Assembly: GCA_001938485.1 (NCBI GenBank)
Contig: MQRK01246661.1
Coordinates: forward strand, 1 to 52,277
Reading direction: 5' to 3'
From: Girardia tigrina
Taxonomy: Eukaryota
Length of the DNA stretch: 52,277 bases
Part shown: positions 1-14,023 of the stretch, one piece after another
Position numbering within the stretch: the stretch's first letter is position 1
How the letters are laid out: each line of letters begins with the position of its first letter
Made by a program: the position numbers and the translations under genes
The notes under the pieces: model-generated
What the model was told of the DNA's origin: nothing
What the model saw: the letters and a program-made list of their open reading frames with translations, nothing else
The model's database searches: none

Positions 1-115
1 GGATATTAGATATTTTAATTATTTGAAATATTTAATATTTACTTTTTTGATAAATATTTTGTTTAAATATTATCAATTAAACATTGTTTTGAAAATAAAC
101 TTTTCGCGTGTTACA
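1..115 (+). mobile_element. 3' part of an LTR (solo or 3' LTR) of the family at 27821-31430
   Basis: Nearly identical to 28292-28406. Ends ...CGTGTTACA and is not followed by the AGCTATC PBS. Confidence 0.85.
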
Positions 116-581
116 AGAAGAAGGGACGGGGACCCCGGAATTCAAATATTATATTTAATATTTATATATAATATATTCAAATTTTGTATAAATAAATATA
201 TTATTTCTTACATTTTTCACGGACAGAGTAAGAGCAACAACTTGGAAAAACCGGATCACGTGCTCCTCATCTGCTCGAGATGCGGTCATCGTCGAAGGTG
301 GTTGACACCTCCTCGCCCGACTGGCGATCGTTGAAAGCGGCGACCGGATTTCTTTCGCTCGAATGGCGATCGTCAGAAGAAGGAAAACACGCTCCCCTGC
401 TACCAGATTATCGTTCGACACTCAGGTTGCCCCGAGAATCGGACGGGGGTAAAAAAGTTGCGCAAGGAAACCTTCTCGTTGTGTTGGGCCCGTTTTTATT
501 TGAATTGACGCTAATTGAACCTCCGCAGTCGAATAATATTAACAAATATCTCGTGATCTTCTTTATCTAAATCGATATTTT

Positions 582-983
582 TCACCGTATATTTGGAATT
601 AGCGGAAACGAAAGATCAATCGAAAGATCTTCCAACTGTAAATCCTCATCGGTCTCGTTTGACCACACGGAAATCAACCGCCAAACGTCATCAAAGAATT
701 GCTTCGCTTTGCTCGCATCCGTGTGACAGTACTCATTTACCTGTCGCTGCAGGATACAGCAAAATAGGAAAATCAGATCGAATTTCTTGTGAAAAGTCTC
801 CATTAAGCGAGAGAGACACCTGCGGTATTCGGCAATCAGATCGTCGATTTGTGGCTCGTAAATACTGAAATAACTGCATCGGGAGAGCCCGGTTTTACTC
901 GAGGCACTGTTGAATATGTTATTCAAATCGCTGATTCGTTTCATCTCAATAAAACTCCAAAGAAAAAAAATGAGACAAGGCAA
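582..983 (-). other. Unidentified ORF in a CpG-rich island
   Basis: 133-aa open frame in a GC/CpG-enriched block (~220-960). No family recognised. Confidence 0.25.
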
Positions 984-1394
984 TTTAAATCGATTTATTT
1001 ATTTTATTTTCCAATTCCCATATTTCAATATCTCTGAAACATTCAAACAAATTCATGCAATTAATTTAAATTTTTGATAATGGTTTTTTTTACATTTTTT
1101 AATCTTATCTTTGTAAAAACAATTAACATTAATTTTCACAAAATTACACACATTTCATGATAAAAAGAAAACACAAAAAAACACTTAGATATCACAAAAA
1201 AGTTTTTGTTTCTATTTTTTGTGGCGAATGCGACAAAAGAGAACGCGGGATCCATTAAATATATTCATATATATAGAGATAATTAATTGGTATTAACAAT
1301 ATAGTAACGATAATTGAATCCCGAACACTACTCTTATAAACACAATTACATTTAATACTATTCCATATATAAGGATTCAAAATATTCTTATCAT

Positions 1395-2408
1395 TTAGTT
1401 TATGGCTCCCATCACCTCCTGATATGACAGAGTCTCGAAGTTTGACTGATTCTCCGATTCAACAACCGATAGTCGAGTTCCATCTGTTTCATCCATTCCC
1501 GCAATAGTCACTTTGGGAGACGAATCCCGTTGGTTAAATCGATAACGATTATCTGACCTCCTACCGTCTTCTTTTCTGTTACATTGATACTGCAGATGGC
1601 CGTTTGCTCCACATGTTGCGCATTTTAAGTATGGACAATCTCTTCTTATATGTCCCGAGCCTCTGCATCCATAACAAGTTTTCATATTTTCAGGGCATGT
1701 ACGCCGGATGCGTCCCTTCTTTCCGCACCCATAACACGTGATATTGTGGTTTTCTGTTCTTAAGTTCAATTGTTTCGGTGGTCCTGTCATTGTTTTTCTG
1801 AATTCGCTGCCAAATTGCATTTTCCTTGGTTGTTGTTGTTGAGAATCAGTTTTTTCCTTCAGAACCTTTGTGTACGTATTTTTCCGGTAAATATTGGCAA
1901 CTTCTGAAGCTTGGACTTCCGAGTGGATCATATCCATTTTTTCGATTACCATTTTAATTTTTTCGGGTGATTTCGCTTCCTACAAATAGATTTGAGTTTT
2001 TATGTCAACATCTTTGACACAATGTGTCAAGAAGTATTTCATTAACTCAGTTTTATTTAATTTGAGGCTTAAAATTTTGTCCACCATTTTTTCAACTTTA
2101 TTATAATATGAATCTACCGAATCCGATCCTTTTCTATAATCGATAATATCCTGAAGGTCAAGGATTAATGACGATGGCTTCTTGAATGCCTTTCGAAGAC
2201 GCTCCGCAAAAATCGTTATTTTCTCGTCCACTGCTTCATATTTTGATAGAAGATCCTTGTTGATAAAAGCCTTCACAGCGAGAGCTTGTATCGTTTTGTT
2301 TACCTGAGATACTTCGAAAAACCTCTGGCACTCGATAATAAATTGTTTCAAATCATTGTATCCGTCATATATATTTGGAGACAAAATGTTGTAACGTGTG
2401 GTCGCCAT
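1395..2408 (-). pseudogene. gag: Ty3/Gypsy gag with three CCHC knuckles and one in-frame TAG
   Basis: ORFs 1980-2435 and 1395-1952 share a frame, separated by TAG at 1980-1982. Knuckles: CYGCGKKGRIRRTC (H>R), CYGCRGSGHIRRDC, CATCGANGHLQYQC. No pol follows. Confidence 0.88.
2398..2407 (-). promoter_or_regulatory. Canonical primer-binding site TGGCGACCAC
   Basis: Starts with TGG (complement of tRNA 3' CCA) directly after the LTR. Confidence 0.8.
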
Positions 2409-2578
2409 GTAAGGAGGCATACAAGTCACTTTCAAAGATTTATTTATATCTACAATTATACAATATTATTTAAACAACAATTCAGGAGAATTAAAAAAAT
2501 GTTGTGAATCCTTTTTAAATATAAATATCAATATGTATTTAATATAATATAGATTGTTTGTAATTAGTCATCCTTACA
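2408..2578 (-). mobile_element. 5' LTR (171 bp) of the Gypsy gag element
   Basis: Termini TGTAAGGA...TCCTTACA (8-bp inverted), immediately followed by a PBS. Confidence 0.85.
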
Positions 2579-4004
2579 AGGATCATAGAATCCCATATTG
2601 TCTCTGAGAGCTGGAAACAATTTTTTACAGTTCTGCTATTAAAACCAGGTAAATAGGGACAATATGGAGAGATTGCATCGTAGCGACCAATAGCTCTTTT
2701 GGAATGCGCGTATAAGATACCGTATAAGATTCGATGAATTTCTGTGAAGAAAAATACTAAGACAGTAAGATGAAATGGTTAGTTCTGAGATTTAGGTATT
2801 TGTCTTTTGATTTTGAAATATAACATAATGATTTAAATAGAAGTATAAGAGGCTTGGTGTGCAATATGTAAAAAAAGACAAGTAAAACACAATAAGGTAA
2901 AATTGACAAATTGAGAGTATAGAAATTGGTTTGGAAAACTTGAATTAAAGAAAATATTGAAAGGCACAAACATATCAGGAAAAAACATATTTTTGAGGAT
3001 AAAGAATATTTCAGAAAAGTATTTATAGATATATAAGTAATGTCATCCAAAGTGCAAAGCTTCCTTTTAAGTAAAACGAAAACGATTAATAGATTGCATG
3101 TTTATCTGATTTATAAATCTAATATAAAAAACTCAAAGATTGGATAAAAATCAATATCTCAAAACCCATATCTTTGAGCGTTTACGATTGCGTGGATCGA
3201 GACTGATTCTTGATTACTGGTTATATTGTAAGAGTAGAACGTCATTCATTTCAAAAGATGAGTTTTATTTTCTAAAAACGATTTTGGTTCACATTACTAG
3301 AAACAGTTCAGAAAGTTATATTAAGGGCACACCACAACCGACTAATTACATTAAAATGAGCCAAGAAAGCACAAGAAATCTTTACTTAAATAAAAATTAT
3401 CATTATGAACAAATAATGTATTATTTAATTGAAATTTATTTTTATTATTTTATCATTTCCTTATATTTTATACTAGTTTGTTAAAAATTGATGATGATTA
3501 TGACATAAACATCAAAACATGTCAAAAATATATATACAATCTATAATTTTATTCTTGTGTTCCTACAAAATGGAGATTGTTGACTTAAAGTACCATAAAT
3601 AACTAAAATTTACTTTCATTCTATCATTACAATGTGCTGTTTAATTCTTCTTTCATTTTTGTTCCTTTTATTTACTTGATGCAAAACTTATTAATTGTTT
3701 TCTAAAGCCTACAAAAAACAGATTTTATGACTATATACGTATCAATACTTTTTTTAAAGAAAATGTTAAGTTTAGATGTTGAAAAGTTTATCATGCGGTA
3801 TTTAAAAACTTAATTCGTAGTAATTTATTTTGATCAAACTTACTCAGCTAATCAACAAACAAAATAAATTTTACTTTATAATATTTAAAAAACACTTGTT
3901 AACCAAAACAGACATGCAAAATCTCCAAAATGCATACTTATAATAAAAGGAGGAAAACTAAATATTTCTATAAAATTTGTAATCAAGCTCTACTTGCATC
4001 TCAC

Positions 4005-4145
4005 CGATATCCATGTCATCAATATAGTTTAAGTGAAGAAGTGATCTCGAATGAGTATTCAAAGAAAAAACAAACATTTTGTATTCATTAAATGCATGTT
4101 CTTTCAAATTGGTGTCAACTAGTTTTTCATAGGATACCTTTGAAT
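4005..4145 (-). CDS. Candidate further TRPM exon (NSKVSYEKLVDTNLKEHAFNEYK...)
   Basis: tag| acceptor, open frame in the phase-1 register required after exon 10, |gtgaga donor. No recognisable motif. Confidence 0.3.
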
Positions 4146-7100
4146 CTAATAAAATGCAACATTAACATTTACACTTTAGCTTTGAATAATTATATTAAAA
4201 TATTTGAATTTAGTTTTTCAAAATTTCGTTAAAAATATTTTATTTTTTTAAATCTTTTTATTTTATCTTATGGTTACAATATTATTTTAGTCATTTGATT
4301 TGGTTATATTTAATATTTCTTTGATTTGTTAATATTCTAACTAATTTCCCTTTAGAGTTCATCCTTTTGAAAATAAATTAAATGTATTTTCACTAATGTT
4401 TCCTTCTATACATTAGAAACGCTTTTTTTATATTATTGTATGAAATATTTTAAATTTATTATGTTGAAATATTGAATTTTGTATGTTGAGTTAAGTATTT
4501 GGAAATGTGCAGCTTCAACCCAATTGAAAAATTGGTATTTTTGATTTTTGTGAACGGGATTTAGATTTTAAATTACAACATAAGATTTAAATTATTAAGA
4601 TATTTGAATATTAAAATTTTTGATAATGTAAATAAGTTTAAACTGAATTTTAAATCAACTAAATAAATGCTTTAAATAAAACCATTTTTAAATTAAAATA
4701 ATTTTTTAAATACAATTATTGTCGAAATTAGTGAAGAACAATTGTAAAAATAAAATCTGAAAATAATTTAAATGGATAAATATAAATTTTGTTCCAATAT
4801 TTGTTTTAAAAGATCCACAATCAGAAATCTTATCAATGTCAATGTACGAAAGCTTCACTGAGAATAACAATAAAATACGGTAAAAAAATAAGTGTGGAAA
4901 ATAATATTGGTGTTTTTAATAATTATATTACGTCTTTTTATTGGAGTTTTAATATATTTATTTGGAAGTTTCAATTTACAATTGCTAAAGAAAACGACCT
5001 AGTGAATTTTCATTTGTACATCATGGAAATGTTTTTTATTCCATTCATTTTTGATATCTTGATATTAAAAAACATTGATGATGACAATATTTTCTGACTT
5101 TTAAGCATATTTTAAAATTATTTTATTATTGCTTTTTAACGCCAATAAAACTATTTAAGAAATGAGTACAAATAAAGATAAATTAAATGTGAATATTCTC
5201 CAAAGCACTGATCATTTATGGTTTTATCAACCTTTCTTTTTTATTAAAAACTTTCTTTTTTATTTTCATATTACAAAAAATAGATTATTCGATATATTTT
5301 AAGTTTTGTTTAAATGTTGAAATAATGAATACACAAAATGTCATTCAATTAATATTTTAATATTTGATTTTCTTGGAAAAATAAAACTGCCAAACATGTC
5401 AAAATTATAAAAAATTCAATTTTTAAGAATGTTAAAACAGAATTGTATTTTAATTTTTATTAATTTTGATTTTATTTCACTATTTATTGGTAAATTTTTT
5501 AAAATTCAATCCACAGAGTAATAATTTTCAATACATTTTGAACAATAATATTTAATTTTAGTTGAACCTATTGATAAAAACTCTAATAACATTTTAATTA
5601 AAATATAGAGTTTTTTGCCACCAATCAATTAAATAAATATATGGATCTATAAAATGTGTCACGTACCGCTTGTGGAGCATGATAGTTTCCAGAAAAAAAT
5701 GATGACAGACAGAATTATTACCAAAACCTTAATTACGATAGTTAAAAAGAAAAAAACTGCATTCCTGCTAGGAATACTTAATGCGTCTCAAATTTTTTGT
5801 TGTTGTCCTGAGAGCTTTAATGTTTTCAATATTGTTTCGTTTTCACTCGGCGAGGAACCCAAGTAACCCACAACAATGGTACTTAGTCAAACTGTCCATC
5901 CCCCTGTACTGCTTTTTGGCTTTCAGCTTTTTACATTTCGTCTCATTGTTTTTTCTTGCTTTCTTTAGAGTTAAATTAAAAAGAAATAATTTATAATCGA
6001 ATGATTTAAAATAAAAAAAACAAAACTAAATAAAATAACATATTTATATATTTATCGACATTAATATTTATATTTAGAATTTTGAGATCTGGATTATGTA
6101 ATTAAAATATTGTTCCTCATAAATTTGTTTCAATAATGAAAATTGTAGTAGAAATAAAGTTTACAAAATTATGACTTCCAATTTTAATCACGAACCTAAT
6201 ATAGCTTATTCATAGTTTAATTTATTTACCGAGGATTGAAAAACAATTGAATAAACTGTTACCAATCCTACTTTTTATCCGTTTACAAATCATTGCTCTG
6301 TGTTTGTACTTTGTAAATTGTAACCACTTGTCAAATCTCTACCGACTAACATCATCGAATTCGTTGTTGTAACAAATTTCATTTTGTTTACATTCAAAAT
6401 CCAAACTCTATTTAATCGGTTTAAAAATTTGGAACTAAAAATGATATGTATATTACCGTTTATTAATTAACGCGGAGTAACTACGATAAAAAATAATTTG
6501 GGATTTCCTGGCAACTGGGCCGTTTAAGTCCAAATTTTATTCTCTCAATTTATCGATTTGGCAATCTTATTTCCTTAGTCTATAACAGATTCATCAATAT
6601 AACCTTTGAAAACTTCTTGGTTTAAATTAAATCAATATTCATTCCACTTGATCGTATAAACCATGTTATCAACCAGTAAATAAACAGCTCATTCATATTC
6701 ATTTGATATATTTGTGAGACAGTCATTATTATTAATGATAGTTCAACTTGTTATATTATTCATTTTTGTTACTTTATCATAACTACATAACTTCAAGTTC
6801 AAAATATTTTATTTGCAACTTATTACTTTTTTAATTGAAGATGTTTTATGAGCGTATTTATTCAAAATATTCCTCATTCATATGATAAATAGTCCAAATC
6901 TTTCTGTTTTTAAACCCACCCCTACTTACAAAGCACAAGACTGTAAAATAATGTTACTTAAATGATAATAATAAAAACATTTCGTTACATGCAGACGTTA
7001 ATTTTAAATTTCCTGTCAAATGAAGACATAATACTTTTGAATTCCAGTTGTTTGATTTCCTTTCTGTGCACCACCAAATAAGATGTATGTAAAACAGTAT

Positions 7101-7856
7101 ATACATTACTAAAGACGGTGAGTACATCAACTATTCCCATTTAATTTGTTCTCCATTTAAATATTTCAGAAACATTATGGAAGGAGTGAAAAAGTTTGTT
7201 ATACCATCATAATACTGCCATTAAAGTGTTGCCATTCTACGGGATCTAATATACCAATGTTCTTGCACTGCACTTGCAACGTTTTTTTCCATATTCCTAC
7301 GACATTTTGAAACTCTGGTTCGTGTATTTGTCTCTCCTGATCAATCGCATTAACATCCTGATCAGTTTTTGCAGTGTTTTCTGGCTTTACTGTTTGTCTA
7401 AGAACAGCTTTCAGTTCAAATTCGGGAGGCAAGACTGTTGCTTTAATGGCACTGGAAATGCTTGGAAAGGATTAATCTTTTTTGTACAAACAAGTAAACT
7501 CAAGATTGGAAAGGGACTGAGTTTTTTATCTCCTTACGAAGCTTTATTCTAGCTTCCTATTTTTTCTTTTGTTTTTCCGCTCCACTTTTTTACTTCTTTT
7601 CTCCGACATTATGACGATGGATTATTTTTAAATTAGTTTCTCCAACTATTGAAAATTTGAAACAATTAAAATATTAAATGACAATATTCAGTATCTTCAA
7701 ATAAATTTCGTCTACTGTATCAATCGGAATTCAGAAATGCACGAATATTATTGCATAACCGTGACGTCATTCACGTCACTGTCCATGGATAGGAGTGTAG
7801 AATCACGCGGCTGATTGCTAACGCTGAACTGTCCATTGGCAGAAAAATTTTGGTAA

Positions 7857-7967
7857 CTTAAACGAGAATCGCAAATCGAAAAAATATGTCATTTCTGGCT
7901 CTAGCTTTTTTGCTAGAGGCTAGAGCCAGAAATGGTATTTTTGTTGTTTAGCAATTCTCGTTTTAGT
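7857..7967. repeat. Imperfect palindrome / hairpin
   Basis: CATTTCTGGCTCTAGC...GCTAGAGCCAGAAATG core, extended by AAACGAGAAT/ATTCTCGTTT. Confidence 0.75.
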
Positions 7968-8039
7968 CTCGGTCAACTTAGCTGATATGGTTGACGTCAC
8001 TGCATGATTATTAGTTAGTTATTCTGTTTCACGAATTGG

Positions 8040-8290
8040 TAGATGGTTCACGAATTCCCCTCATTCTCGTTGTCATTCACATGGACAGAACGCGCCATGA
8101 TGCTACCGCACTATTTTTGGTAGTAAGTAACAATTCTCGAGTTGAGTAAATTTGAGTCAACATAAACGAATACGAATAATCTGTTGACATTTGAATGTTG
8201 ATCATGAATCATTTGAATTTTTAAATTTTTGTTTTTCTGTAAGTTGTCGTTGTTAACTTGTTTTATTTGTAAATTTGTAACACAATACTT
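8040..8290 (+). repeat. Dispersed repeat, inverted diverged copy at ~27545-27790
   Basis: Shared blocks such as TGAGTAAATTTGAGTCAAC and GAATGTTGATCATGAATCATTTGAATTTTTAAA appear reverse-complemented at 27545-27790. Confidence 0.8.
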
Positions 8291-9041
8291 CAATACATTT
8301 ATCTTTTCATCGAGCGATCCCTTAAGTGGCAGTTATCTACTTTGCCTAATGGATAATCCGGTACTATTCGGCTTAATTCATAATAGCTATAATAAAAAAA
8401 GAAATTGTAATTATATAATGTGCTTTCGAGGTTAAATTATAACCCTAAAATAGATTAGACATTTGGAAATACGAAATCAATTCATGATAAATTAATTTAC
8501 TGAAATATTATTATAATTTATTTATTAAATATAATAATTTATGAAAAATAGTATATTAAATATAATCAAGTGACAGAAGTAATTTAACTAAATAAAAGAA
8601 AGTAAAATAAGCACTTTTGCAAAAAATAGTATATATATATATATATATAATCGGAAATAGTTATATTAGGAAATTTTATATTTATCCAATTGTGCTTTTA
8701 TGTATATTTAAATTATTTGTAGTTAGTCTTAAGTTCATACTAATAGAAATATTATAAAAATTTTAAGTTTTATCTAAAAAAATTTTATTTCCTTTTTAAT
8801 TTTCAACTGAATCTAATAAAATTTTAATTTTATGAAACGAATTTTATCTCATATTAATCTTTAATTGTTCAAAATTTCAGAATTGTCTAAAATATTTTTC
8901 GAAGGCATAATCGTAAATTATCAATAATGTTGTCATATACCAGAAATAAATCAATATTTAAGGTCTATCAATCTTTCTCTGTGACAGATATGATTCTCCA
9001 GATAATTTTCTAATCAATATATTATACTCTATATAACTAAC

Positions 9042-9201
9042 TCTTAGTGATTTTTATTGATGGGACATTGTTAGAAATTTCTTCATTGCTTTTCAACAAA
9101 AGACTCTGGAATTCTTTTGACAAATATAGTGGATGATAGAAATCACCTATAAGAGTTTTAATAACTTTTCCAACTTCTCTCAGTTTTACGTTTGATGTTG
9201 T
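9042..9201 (-). CDS. TRPM: TRPM exon 10 (VKLREVGKVIKTLIGDFYHPLY...)
   Basis: tttctag| acceptor, |gttagt donor, phase 0 to 1. L..VG.VI..L.G..Y...Y motif. Confidence 0.85.
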
Positions 9202-12200
9202 CTAGAAAAAATCAATTATTAACATTTGTATAAGGGTTGAAAAATAAATTATAAGATTTAATGGTTTGTGTTTTATTACATTTAATAATTAAATATTTTT
9301 ACATATTATAATATCACAATTAGACAACAATACAAATATTAGACACATCAAATGAAACTTAGTATATACTTTTTCTTGTTCCGAATAAAAAACTTATGAT
9401 TAGAAGATATAATATCTCAGCCCATGACAAAATTAAAACATAAAAAGAATACTTCGAGTATTGTGTGTATGTTAAATAAAAATGTAATGTTCATTTAATA
9501 GCATTTAATATCAGTATCTACAAACACATACACATACATTAACACATATTATTCAGTCTTGCGAACACTAATTTAATACTTTGAAAAATAATTTTGTTAA
9601 AGATTTTTTAAGAAATTTATTTTTGAACATATTTGAAGTTTCATACCTCATCATCAGTAATTATAATTTAATTTTTAAAATATTAGTTAGTTTTAAAATG
9701 TTATTTTTAATCTAAGATTAAAGTAATTTATAGTTAACTGTTCAAGATATCATTGAATCATAATGAAAAGTTTTTTAATTTAGTTTAAAATTTTAAAGTT
9801 TGAGACGGCTTTACTTTGTTTATTTTGAATGTTAATTAATGGGTTTTAGTGACTTAATAATAACAATTCATAGAACTGTCATTCATAATATACATCAAAG
9901 CCTTTCTGTAAAAAAGAAAACTAATCCTAGATCGATGCGATGGTGAATACTCACTAATCTGGTTTTGAAATGACGATTCGCCTCTTCAATAAACGAGTTT
10001 CAGGCCTGGGACAATTAAATAACGGATAACATGAAATAGGACACCTACTATTTTAATAGTAGGTGGAAAAAAAATTGAAAAGGCGCCCAATATTGGTTTA
10101 CACCTACTATTTGGTGCTTTTGTTTTGAACTTGTCTTAAACTTGAAAAATAAANNNNNNNNNNNNNNNNNNNNNNNNNNNNNNNNNNNNNNNNNNNNNNN
10201 NNNAAAAGCATCATCAGTTAATATTTCTTCACTATCACTGTGATCAGTTTCTTTTTGGGATTCCGACAAATACTTTTTTACAAAACGTTCACCATACACA
10301 TCATGTTTTGAAATATGCCATTTTTATAAATTGCTTTAAAAACGATACACCTACTATTTGATTCCACCTACTATTTTAATAGTAGGTGGAAAATTTTTTG
10401 AAAACTTCATTACACCTACTATTTCATGTCCACCTACTATTTGATGTTATCCGTTATATAAACCTGATTAGCTTGCAATCAACAAATTGATTTTGATTCA
10501 TTTGAAATGTTGATATCATTAACATCACTTTGATAATATAATATAATATAGTACTTTGATTATTTGTTAGTGCTCTTCAAAGTTTTCTTCCTTTAATCCT
10601 TTCTTAACTGTGTTTATGTACATAATTTGTCCAATGTAACCATAATGTTGTGTTTTTATTTCTCTAAGAATATTTAAACCAAGATCTGCTATTTCGAAAT
10701 GGGAAGACTAATTCCAAACTTTGTGAACTAGGTTATGTATACCTCTCTATATTTTCTGATAATAAGTCTTGAATGAGTTTTTATTTAGAATATTTATTTT
10801 TTATTTTTGTTTAACTTATTATTTTGTTTTTATAAGTTTCCTATTTATTATACAACTAACCGAGACCATGGAATGTCAGATACCACAAATGTTTTTAAAG
10901 TCGTGTCAAAGTTTCTTATACCGTAATATACTGTAACTACATTGTAAAAATCTGATATCAATTTAATATATTTCTAAAAATATTAAACCTTTAGTTAATA
11001 TTTTTACTTCACATATGAATTTATCGAGACATTTTGTATATATTCAAATAGCAATAGACATACAACAATTCAAAATACTATAATCATTCTTAATGTATCT
11101 TTTATATGCAACTAAAAATACATAAATAAAATAATTATCCCATATCTTACCCTTGATGTTTTATAATTATCCCACAGTCGTTGAAATATTTCAATTCTAG
11201 AGTTCTGAAAATTATTGAAATTCAAAAATTATTGAAATGAGAATAAGAATTATTTGCATAATTATTCATTTTACATTCATTTATTCAAAATTAAAACGAA
11301 TTAATTGAAAAAATAAAATATTTCATTTTTATGATTAAATAATATTAAAAACTTAATTCTGAAAGTTTTTTCCAACTATTGTGGTAAACTGAATAACTTA
11401 AATTTTTTATAATAACTATTTTATAAAAAAACATACAGAACGATAAGAAATTTTTATTTGTACAAAATCTATGGACACCTTGAGATTCGCTGGATGAATA
11501 TGTTAATTTACAAAAATAAAGTAAAATATAACCGATATACGTTTATATTTATATATACGTTGTATATACGTTTACATTAAAGTGGAGAATATTGGTGTTA
11601 TGATTCCCAAACCGATTCCTTTTGACTTTTTATATTAAATTATATTCGTTATAAATTTGGAAAGAAGATGAAGAAGTTTTTCTCAATTTTGATAGTATTA
11701 TGTGAATGTATTTCAGCTCATTGGAATTCGTAGTTATTAAGAAGACCAATATAACTTTTAATATTTTCTTATTACAACAAGCTTGATTGTTCTCAGGGAC
11801 AATCTTTGTCAAAGCTTTCGTAAGATTGCATCCGTCTAATTAATAATTGACTTTAATCTTATTATCTGAGAAAATGGAGAATTACATACATTGTTAACAT
11901 ATTTTTTTAAAATTTTATTGGTTAAGAAATAAAATTATTATTAATTATTTAAAAAAATATTAATTTAATTTATTTATTTAAAAATTGTAAATTAAATTAA
12001 TTAAGTTATTTAAAATTTTACAATTATTTCAAATTAGAAATAAACTTTAACATTACATATTTCCAGATAATAAGAATTAAAATATTAATTTACCATCTGT
12101 TTAGGAAAGACATAATTCCAAATCAACATATAAAATTCAAACACAAAACATCAAACATTCCAAATATCCTTCACAGTAGTAAACACTTTGAAGCAATCAA

Positions 12201-12940
12201 ATAATTCTGGAATTATTTGTTATTTATGACCTTTTAACCATTTCCTCATTAATGTTAAGTTATCCTCGTTGGAAATGATTTTATTTTTAATTTAGAATTC
12301 AAAAAAAATTTCATTTAAAATATGTTTTAATTACATGTATGGTTTTGATTGGTAAATATTTCAAATTTTAAACAAACCATTTTTTTTAACTGTTCAGTAT
12401 ATAATTTTTCTAAGACATATACAGTCAAGAATTCTTCGAGACTGAATCCTTGTTCTAGAAACAATTTGACGAATTCATGGCGATCACTCATTAAAGCATT
12501 GAACATGTATTCATTTAGGTCTCCTTTCTAAAAAATAAAGTAATAACCAAATGAAATTTAATTAATTAAATATCATACTACTTGTATTTAGAAGGGCTTC
12601 AGTAGTCAAAAAATGGAAGTTTTTAGTTAGTTTTAGTCATTAAGAATGAATGAAATTAATATAAGATCTGAAAGAGAACAGATTCCCCTAACAAAATGTG
12701 ATTATCAATGAGATTTGTAAAAAGAAAATAATAAGATTGATTCATAAGGAATATAAGAATAAGGAAAAAAGAATGGCTCATTCAATGAGAATATTTAAAA
12801 GTGAGTTTCCTCCAGAATATCTATAAAATGAGACTGAAATTGTAATTGAATGAGTATTTGAATATTAAACTAGTAAATAAAAATTTTTTTATATCCATGC
12901 TTTATGTGGGCAGAACTCTACTTGGCCAACAATTATTCGT

Positions 12941-12979
<39 letters not shown>

Positions 12980-13984
12980 GGTTATCATAAAGTAACTAGA
13001 GTTTTAAAACCACTTTAATATTTCGTAGAAATAGTGGAAAACACAAAACAAATTGAAAAANNNNNNNNNNNNNNNNNNNNNNNNNNNNNNNNNNNNNNNN
13101 NNNNNNNNNNNNNNNNNNNNNNNNNNNNNNNNNNNNNNNNNNNNNNNNNNNNNNNNNNNNNNNNNNNNNNNNNNNNNNNNNNNNNNNNNNNNNNNNNNNN
13201 NNNNNNNNNNNNNNNNNNNNNNNNNNNNNNNNNNNNNNNNNNNNNNNNNNNNNNNNNNNNNNNNNNNNNNNNNNNNNNNNNNNNNNNNNNNNNNNNNNNN
13301 NNNNNNNNNNNNNNNNNNNNNNNNNNNNNNNNNNNNNNNNNNNNNNNNNNNNNNNNNNNNNNNNNNNNNNNNNNNNNNNNNNNNNNNNNNNNNNNNNNNN
13401 NNNNNNNNNNNNNNNNNNNNNNNNNNNNNNNNNNNNNNNNNNNNNNNNNNNNNNNNNNNNNNNNNNNNNNNNNNNNNNNNNNNNNNNNNNNNNNNNNNNN
13501 NNNNNNNNNNNNNNNNNNNNNNNNNNNNNNNNNNNNNNNNNNNNNNNNNNNNNNNNNNNNNNNNNNNNNNNNNNNNNNNNNNNNNNNNNNNNNNNNNNNN
13601 NNNNNNNNNNNNNNNNNNNNNNNNNNNNNNNNNNNNNNNNNNNNNNNNNNNNNNNNNNNNNNNNNNNNNNNNNNNNNNNNNNNNNNNNNNNNNNNNNNNN
13701 NNNNNNNNNNNNNNNNNNNNNNNNNNNNNNNNNNNNNNNNNNNNNNNNNNNNNNNNNNNNNNNNNNNNNNNNNNNNNNNNNNNNNNNNNNNNNNNNNNNN
13801 NNNNNNNNNNNNNNNNNNNNNNNNNNNNNNNNNNNNNNNNNNNNNNNNNNNNNNNNNNNNNNNNNNNNNNNNNNNNNNNNNNNNNNNNNNNNNNNNNNNN
13901 NNNNNNNNNNNNNNNNNNNNNNNNNNNNNNNNNNNNNNNNNNNNNNNNNNNNNNNNNNNNNNNNNNNNNNNNNNNNNNNNNNNN

Positions 13985-14023
<39 letters not shown>

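Noticed and set aside
2578-2741. Candidate TRPM exon with strong acceptor and gtaagg donor
   Set aside because: The donor is the first bases of the inserted LTR (TGTAAGGA), and the peptide has no TRPM motif.
5654-5970. Possible solo LTR or exon
   Set aside because: No matching terminus or TSD, and minus-strand frames are closed or motif-free.
8940-9041. 32-nt mini-intron plus exon after exon 10
   Set aside because: Poor polypyrimidine tract, and stops in all three frames.
9625-9665. Hammerhead-like CTGATGA...GAAAC on the minus strand (also CTGATGA at ~26815)
   Set aside because: Stems I-III cannot be formed convincingly.
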